DNA of 64,000 bases, from assembly GCA_905178155.1 (NCBI GenBank), contig CAJINV010000019.1, positions 440,475-504,474 on the forward strand, read 5' to 3'. This document shows positions 58,921 through 64,000 of this stretch, in pieces. This stretch comes from Amoebophrya sp. A120 (taxonomy: Eukaryota > Protista > Dinoflagellata). The position numbers were made by a program, and so were the translations under genes. Within the stretch, counting starts at the first letter, position 1. Each line of letters opens with the position of its first letter. The notes beneath the pieces were generated by a model, which did no database searches, had not been told where the DNA came from, and saw only the letters and a list, made by a program, of their open reading frames with translations.

Positions 58921-59593
58921 CGCCCGTCGATGATCACCGTCGACTGCCTTCGTACGAGCGCAAGCTTATGTCGCAACGCACCGGCCCCAAGCCCGGCACT
59001 TGCAGATTATTGACAAGGGCGGGGAGCATCGAAAGCCCGCACCTATGGGCTTGGGTGGAACTCTCGCTTGACGCGGCGCCGGATCTTTAAACGGATCAGA
59101 TGATGATGAAGCACTGCGATCGTGATCCTGTCCTCGTTAGATGGCAACTATGACGATGATGATATACGCACGTGCTCTTTTGTTTTTCATCACTTTGCGC
59201 CTCGCCCTCCGAAGATCTTTTGACTTAGAAAAGGCGAACGGCCAAGACCAAGATCTAAAAACAAGGAAAGAAGCCACGTACGGCGTGTCGTATTCGATTA
59301 GTACTAATAAGCCTCGCTGATAAGCCTCAGTGCTGGCCCGCGGTCTCTTTCAAACGGGGCGACTTTCTTCTCAAGTTCAATTTTGACGCTTTGTACCCCC
59401 GGATCTTCACTTTGACACATTTGGCGCGTACATCGCCCTACACTCCATAAAATTTTTGTTGCACCTCCAGTGAGTTTCTTGACGCGGTGCACGCTGCATT
59501 TGTTTGTTGTTAAAGGCAAACGCCTCACAGTTTACTGAACTGCACTTGATGATCATCTCCATGCAAATTTACACCTTATACTTCTTATAGTGA

Positions 59594-62500
59594 ATGTGTT
59601 ATCCAAAATTAGATTTTGCGCAACAAGAAAGTAATCGTATAGAAACTGCGGCTCGGCCTTACCTGGAGGACGGCCACCTGCTCACCGCTGCACAGCACGC
59701 GGTAGGAGCCGGCGCCGGCGTAAAAACAATGACAGAAATGCAAGAACCACTGCAACCAAGAAATAGTCCGCCACCGGCGGATGTCGCCGCGCCCCGCCGC
59801 GGCGGTCCTGCTACCACAAAACTCCGGGTCCTTTTCGCGTTGACCGGCGCAGCCGCCGTGTTTCCGAGCGCGAGCAGCAGTTCCGTCGTTCCGCAGAAGG
59901 CGCTGCTGGCGCGCCAGCGAACCCTGTCGGATGGGGAACTCAGCGCGCTCTCCACCTCCGCCGGATCCGTTTTGTCGTCGCCGCAACAGACTCTCTCCAC
60001 GGAAGGGTCTCTGCCAAGTTTGGCGGCTGGTGCATCGCGGCGCGGCAGTAAGACTCACTATTCCGCGTCGCCGCCGGGTTCGACCTTCGGCTCACCCGCC
60101 CAGCAGTTTTCGAATTCGCCCCCACAACGGTTCTCTGGTTCCTCGTCGCTTTCCCCACCGTGGTGCAAGGAGCACGAGAGCTCCTACAGCGCTGCGGAGT
60201 TCGACGAGCTGCAGGCATTCCGCTTGGAGGCGGGATGTGACGTGGGTCCGGGGGAGGAAGAAAAAGACGACTACAGCGGAAGGTGTAACGCCGCTGGACA
60301 AGAACCCAGCGCCGGGGGTGAGGAAGATACAACTACCGAACAAGCGGCATCGCTTTCGCGATGCAAAAGCTCATTTTTCTTTCCCAGCACACCCCTCGAA
60401 CAGCCACAGCCGCAGCGGTATTCCGGTATCGTGCCGCTGCTGTGGAGGACTTTTACACCCCCGCCGGCGCATGGTAGTATTGATACCTCGTCGGGAACTT
60501 CTACTTCTGGTTCCTCTTCCGCCAGTGCGCAGTCCCGAGCGAGCTCGACGTCCTCCTTTCCGCATGGCAGCGAGGAAGACCTACAGATGACGATCAGACG
60601 GGCCGCGGCAGGAGAACAACTACGCAACACTTTTTCCACTCCAAGCCATAGCCAGTCCGGTACTTCTATATCAACGGGTGGAAGCAAGAGAACTGCACGA
60701 GAACTCGCACCACCGTACCCACAAACCGCTCTGACGCCGCCCAGTCTAACACTATCGGGCTTGAAAGACAAGCGCGTCGCTAGTTGCCCGGGAGGTCTGG
60801 ATTGCATGGAAACTATCGATGATGTGGAGGAGAGGCGATTTTACCGTACTAACAGCGAGGGACGATCGACCACACCAGCTGACGTTCCATCACCCGCGAC
60901 GCTACCCGTCCTGGTGTTCAAGCGCAGCAGCAGTGTCGGTTCCAGCCCAACGCTGAAACCACTGTCGGCGCCGACAATTTTCTACCCGCAGGCTAGGCGG
61001 GGGGAAGAGTTGCAGCTATCTAGGTCGTCGACGCCCGCGTTTGGGGCGGGTCGAAGTTCTTGTTCATCTTTAAAAACGTCCTCGGGGAGCGACGAACTTG
61101 GACTGCACAGGAATACGTCGTGCGGGGGTCTTGAGGACAAGGAAGAACGAAGACCGCCTCGGCAGCGTGCTCACTCGGATCCCTGGAGCAGCTTGGGCCG
61201 GATGCCGTTTGCCAAACCTGAATCAGGCCCTGATATTGAAGATGCAAACGTCGACCAACAGACGTTGTTAACGACTTCCCGCGCCCAACTTCATGACACG
61301 CATCTTCGCGGAAACCAGACTATTCCGGGCGTGTGCGGGCGACCCGACAGGGAGCGTCTGGACCACTTTTATCACGGGCGAAAAGGGACAAGTTCTTTGG
61401 GGACGTCGAGCAAGTCCTCTTCCTCACACCTGCGCGTGCCGAACGTGAGCAGCTGCCCGGCGGGGCTGAATTGCATTTTGGAAGACGTCGAAGCGAGTGA
61501 GGAGCAGAAAACCCCCTGGGAGCTCGAACAGGAGGCTCGGCTCGCGGCGGAGGTGACCGGACGTGGGAAGATGGTGGAAACGGGTGGTGCCACAGTAGAC
61601 ACAGCAGCACCACAGATGCACGAAAACGAAAATAAACCTGTTGTCCCGACGGGTTTCGCGTCGCAACTTTTGCGCCGGATCTACCGCGACGCGTGTGCAG
61701 TCACGCGGAGCAAGCGAGGCGCAGCGCTGACGGTGGAGTCGGTTGATATTGGTTCCACTGGCAATAAAGCCGCTCCAAATTCTTCTTGCCCGGATGTGGA
61801 AGCTGCTGCTCCTGCGATTTTTGGTAACAATAGTACAAGAACGCAGCAGGGGGCGCCACTGTCTTCACCACTCCACCATGCGCACAGTTGCCCAGCCATG
61901 CTGAATCGGATAGCAGAGATCGATGAGGAAGATGAATGTGAGTTGACCCGAGCTGGTGAAGCACTACCTCCGCAAGGTCGTGCAACGGGATTCTTATTCG
62001 CAGGAGGGGACGATGAACACGCGTCGCCGACGCAAGTTTTTCAAAGCTGGCCCGTCGACGGTGAGTTCCAACAGGACACAGCCGACGACGACCTCCTGCT
62101 CGACCAGGAATTGCTTGGAATGCTGAATGGCACTGCTTCAACATCCCGTGGTGATTCTTGCACTAACTCGCCCACGCCTTTTCACAACTACACGCCCCAG
62201 TTTTATTCCCTCTCCAGGCAATCGACGGAGGAAAGCCAAAGATCTTCGAGTTCAAGCTCCGGCCTGCTCGGTAGGGTCAAGCACGTGCAGTCTTGCCCCG
62301 CGGATCTGTACCGCATTGTAGAGGATGTGGAGGAACTGGAACAAGACGCGGATTTCCCCCACCCCGGAGCCACTGGTGCGTATCCACAAATTTGTCAACT
62401 CGAATCCGATGCGACTCCGATCGTTGAGGACGCGCGGCTCCGTGCCCGCTTGCAACAGTCCGGCAAATCGTTTCTGTGCAGCAACTTCAGTCCGGAATGC

Positions 62501-63610
62501 GGGCGGGATGGCTACTGCTATTGCCGCGAAGGGGCGGATACGGGTGGTGAAGAAAGGATGATGTTGGCGAATGACACAAGTCCTGCGTCAGATCATGGAG
62601 TTGTCAAAGATGTTGCCGAGGAGGATTCTTCTATGTTGCAGGCGAGAGGGGAGGATGCAGCGGGAGGTGCAGATGGGGAGTTTGACACACCGAAGCCCGA
62701 CGAGCAGGCTGACCAGGTCCAAGAACTCGAGAAGCTCCGGCAAACGCTTTCGCAGCGACTCAGCCGTGGCTCGATGCGGAGCTGTTTGTCTTACTCCGGC
62801 CCGAGCTCCCCCGTGTTGGCACGGCAGCAGAGCGGGGGAAGCGATCATGGAGAAATTATTGGCACGACGGACGGAGTGCTACCGACCGCCGCGATGTCGG
62901 CTACTACTCCGTCAATCGCGTTGGCGGAAGAGATTTCCGGCGACACCTCCACTTTTCTCCACAAAAGCATGAGCAACGTATCCAGCGAGTTTTCGTTTAC
63001 CCGCCAGTCCAGCCACAGCGAACCCACCTTCTCCCGCCAGACCAGCAGTGGGAGCGGCAGTTTTGCCCTGAACGCTTGTTCGAAACGTCAGGTATCCACC
63101 AAATCAAAAGCACAGTCCGCGCCGGTGAGCAGGCAGGGGAGCCGGCAGGCGTCGAAGGAAGCGTGCGGAAGAAGTAGGCGATACAATCTTTCCACCTCGC
63201 AGAGCGGTTCATCTGCCATAGTGGTGGGGCAACAAGGAGAAAATAGTAGAACTGGCACTTCAACTTCTACGGCCATCGTGCCGCACCAACACAACTCCGG
63301 CGTTTCAACAACATCCCGCGGCCTCCCCTTCTCCGGCCACAAAAAGTTTGCCTGCGCGGTCGGCGCGGCCGCGGTGTTGGGCGGGCTGTCGCGCGCTTGC
63401 GTCCGGCAACCGAATCCGCAGCAAAAGACTTCGGACGGGGCAAGAGCCTCGGCTTCCGCCTTCGTGCCTATTCCAGGAGAAAAAGAACGCAGCGGGAAAA
63501 GCGTGGCGGTGCCGAAAAAACAGGTCGACCATGGGTTGGGACCAGTGGGGGAGCGAGGGTACTTTAGGGTTTTGTACTACTGCGTGCGGACGATTTTTGC
63601 TAATGCATGA
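59594..63610 (+). CDS. Hypothetical Ser-rich 1338-aa protein with repeated SCPxxL motif
   Basis: 4-kb stop-free ORF; hydrophobic stretches near both ends; may be spliced further. Confidence 0.8.
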   Translation: MCYPKLDFAQQESNRIETAARPYLEDGHLLTAAQHAVGAGAGVKTMTEMQEPLQPRNSPPPADVAAPRRGGPATTKLRVLFALTGAAAVFPSASSSSVVPQKALLARQRTLSDGELSALSTSAGSVLSSPQQTLSTEGSLPSLAAGASRRGSKTHYSASPPGSTFGSPAQQFSNSPPQRFSGSSSLSPPWCKEHESSYSAAEFDELQAFRLEAGCDVGPGEEEKDDYSGRCNAAGQEPSAGGEEDTTTEQAASLSRCKSSFFFPSTPLEQPQPQRYSGIVPLLWRTFTPPPAHGSIDTSSGTSTSGSSSASAQSRASSTSSFPHGSEEDLQMTIRRAAAGEQLRNTFSTPSHSQSGTSISTGGSKRTARELAPPYPQTALTPPSLTLSGLKDKRVASCPGGLDCMETIDDVEERRFYRTNSEGRSTTPADVPSPATLPVLVFKRSSSVGSSPTLKPLSAPTIFYPQARRGEELQLSRSSTPAFGAGRSSCSSLKTSSGSDELGLHRNTSCGGLEDKEERRPPRQRAHSDPWSSLGRMPFAKPESGPDIEDANVDQQTLLTTSRAQLHDTHLRGNQTIPGVCGRPDRERLDHFYHGRKGTSSLGTSSKSSSSHLRVPNVSSCPAGLNCILEDVEASEEQKTPWELEQEARLAAEVTGRGKMVETGGATVDTAAPQMHENENKPVVPTGFASQLLRRIYRDACAVTRSKRGAALTVESVDIGSTGNKAAPNSSCPDVEAAAPAIFGNNSTRTQQGAPLSSPLHHAHSCPAMLNRIAEIDEEDECELTRAGEALPPQGRATGFLFAGGDDEHASPTQVFQSWPVDGEFQQDTADDDLLLDQELLGMLNGTASTSRGDSCTNSPTPFHNYTPQFYSLSRQSTEESQRSSSSSSGLLGRVKHVQSCPADLYRIVEDVEELEQDADFPHPGATGAYPQICQLESDATPIVEDARLRARLQQSGKSFLCSNFSPECGRDGYCYCREGADTGGEERMMLANDTSPASDHGVVKDVAEEDSSMLQARGEDAAGGADGEFDTPKPDEQADQVQELEKLRQTLSQRLSRGSMRSCLSYSGPSSPVLARQQSGGSDHGEIIGTTDGVLPTAAMSATTPSIALAEEISGDTSTFLHKSMSNVSSEFSFTRQSSHSEPTFSRQTSSGSGSFALNACSKRQVSTKSKAQSAPVSRQGSRQASKEACGRSRRYNLSTSQSGSSAIVVGQQGENSRTGTSTSTAIVPHQHNSGVSTTSRGLPFSGHKKFACAVGAAAVLGGLSRACVRQPNPQQKTSDGARASASAFVPIPGEKERSGKSVAVPKKQVDHGLGPVGERGYFRVLYYCVRTIFANA

Positions 63611-64000
63611 CAGAAGATGTTGGTTCTTGATAATGCATTGTAGCATCAATAAACGAGAAGTTGAAGTGAATATTATATTGGAAGAAAACCGACCAAATCA
63701 GGCCTGCACTGGCCGACTTGAGCAAAATTGGGCTGCCAGTATCGCAGCAACCGCTAGAGAAAGACCGGGCGTGCCGGACGAAGCTGTGCGGGCCGGTGAC
63801 CAAGCGCGGTAGCCGGTTGAAACGCGAAAACGCAAAATGCTCCATCACCTCGGACACTGGTTTGATGATTCGCGCCACGAGCGGCGTCTTGGCGGGCAGG
63901 TTGATTCGACAGGTACTGTTATTTTGTCAGATAGATGAAACTGGCTTTGTTACCGTAGTTCCTTGTGATGCATTGTTCCTGCACCAGTAGGCTACTTCGG

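Noticed and set aside
55298-58976. Several 200-340 aa ORFs as a transposase or RT for the repeats
   Set aside because: Arg/Ala/Pro-rich on both strands, with no catalytic motifs recognisable.

Overview
Eukaryotic, intron-rich genomic DNA, most likely from the parasitic dinoflagellate Amoebophrya (A120-like). This is inferred from the non-canonical introns with TAT-N7-AAA terminal inverted repeats and 5-bp direct repeats, and from an exact dinoflagellate spliced-leader sequence. All recognisable genes from 1 to about 52.3 kb lie on the minus strand: a TBCC-like unknown gene, RPL18, RPS5, two unknown genes, a PAN/apple-like Cys-rich protein, GTP cyclohydrolase I, an aspartic protease, a Kelch+BTB protein and a CDKL5-like kinase. 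A repeat-rich strand-switch region follows, then one plus-strand 1338-aa ORF. I delimited 34 transposon-like (introner) introns by hand; in each case removing the element plus one direct-repeat copy restores the reading frame. The most unusual structure is a 4-kb array at 13.9-17.9 kb. There, five copies of a ~50-bp dyad-containing repeat punctuate unrelated 0.7-1.15 kb cassettes. One cassette begins exactly with the dinoflagellate spliced leader and another carries a truncated, virus-like two-ORF fragment, which suggests an RNA-capture archive. All alignments were done by eye and no database searches were run.
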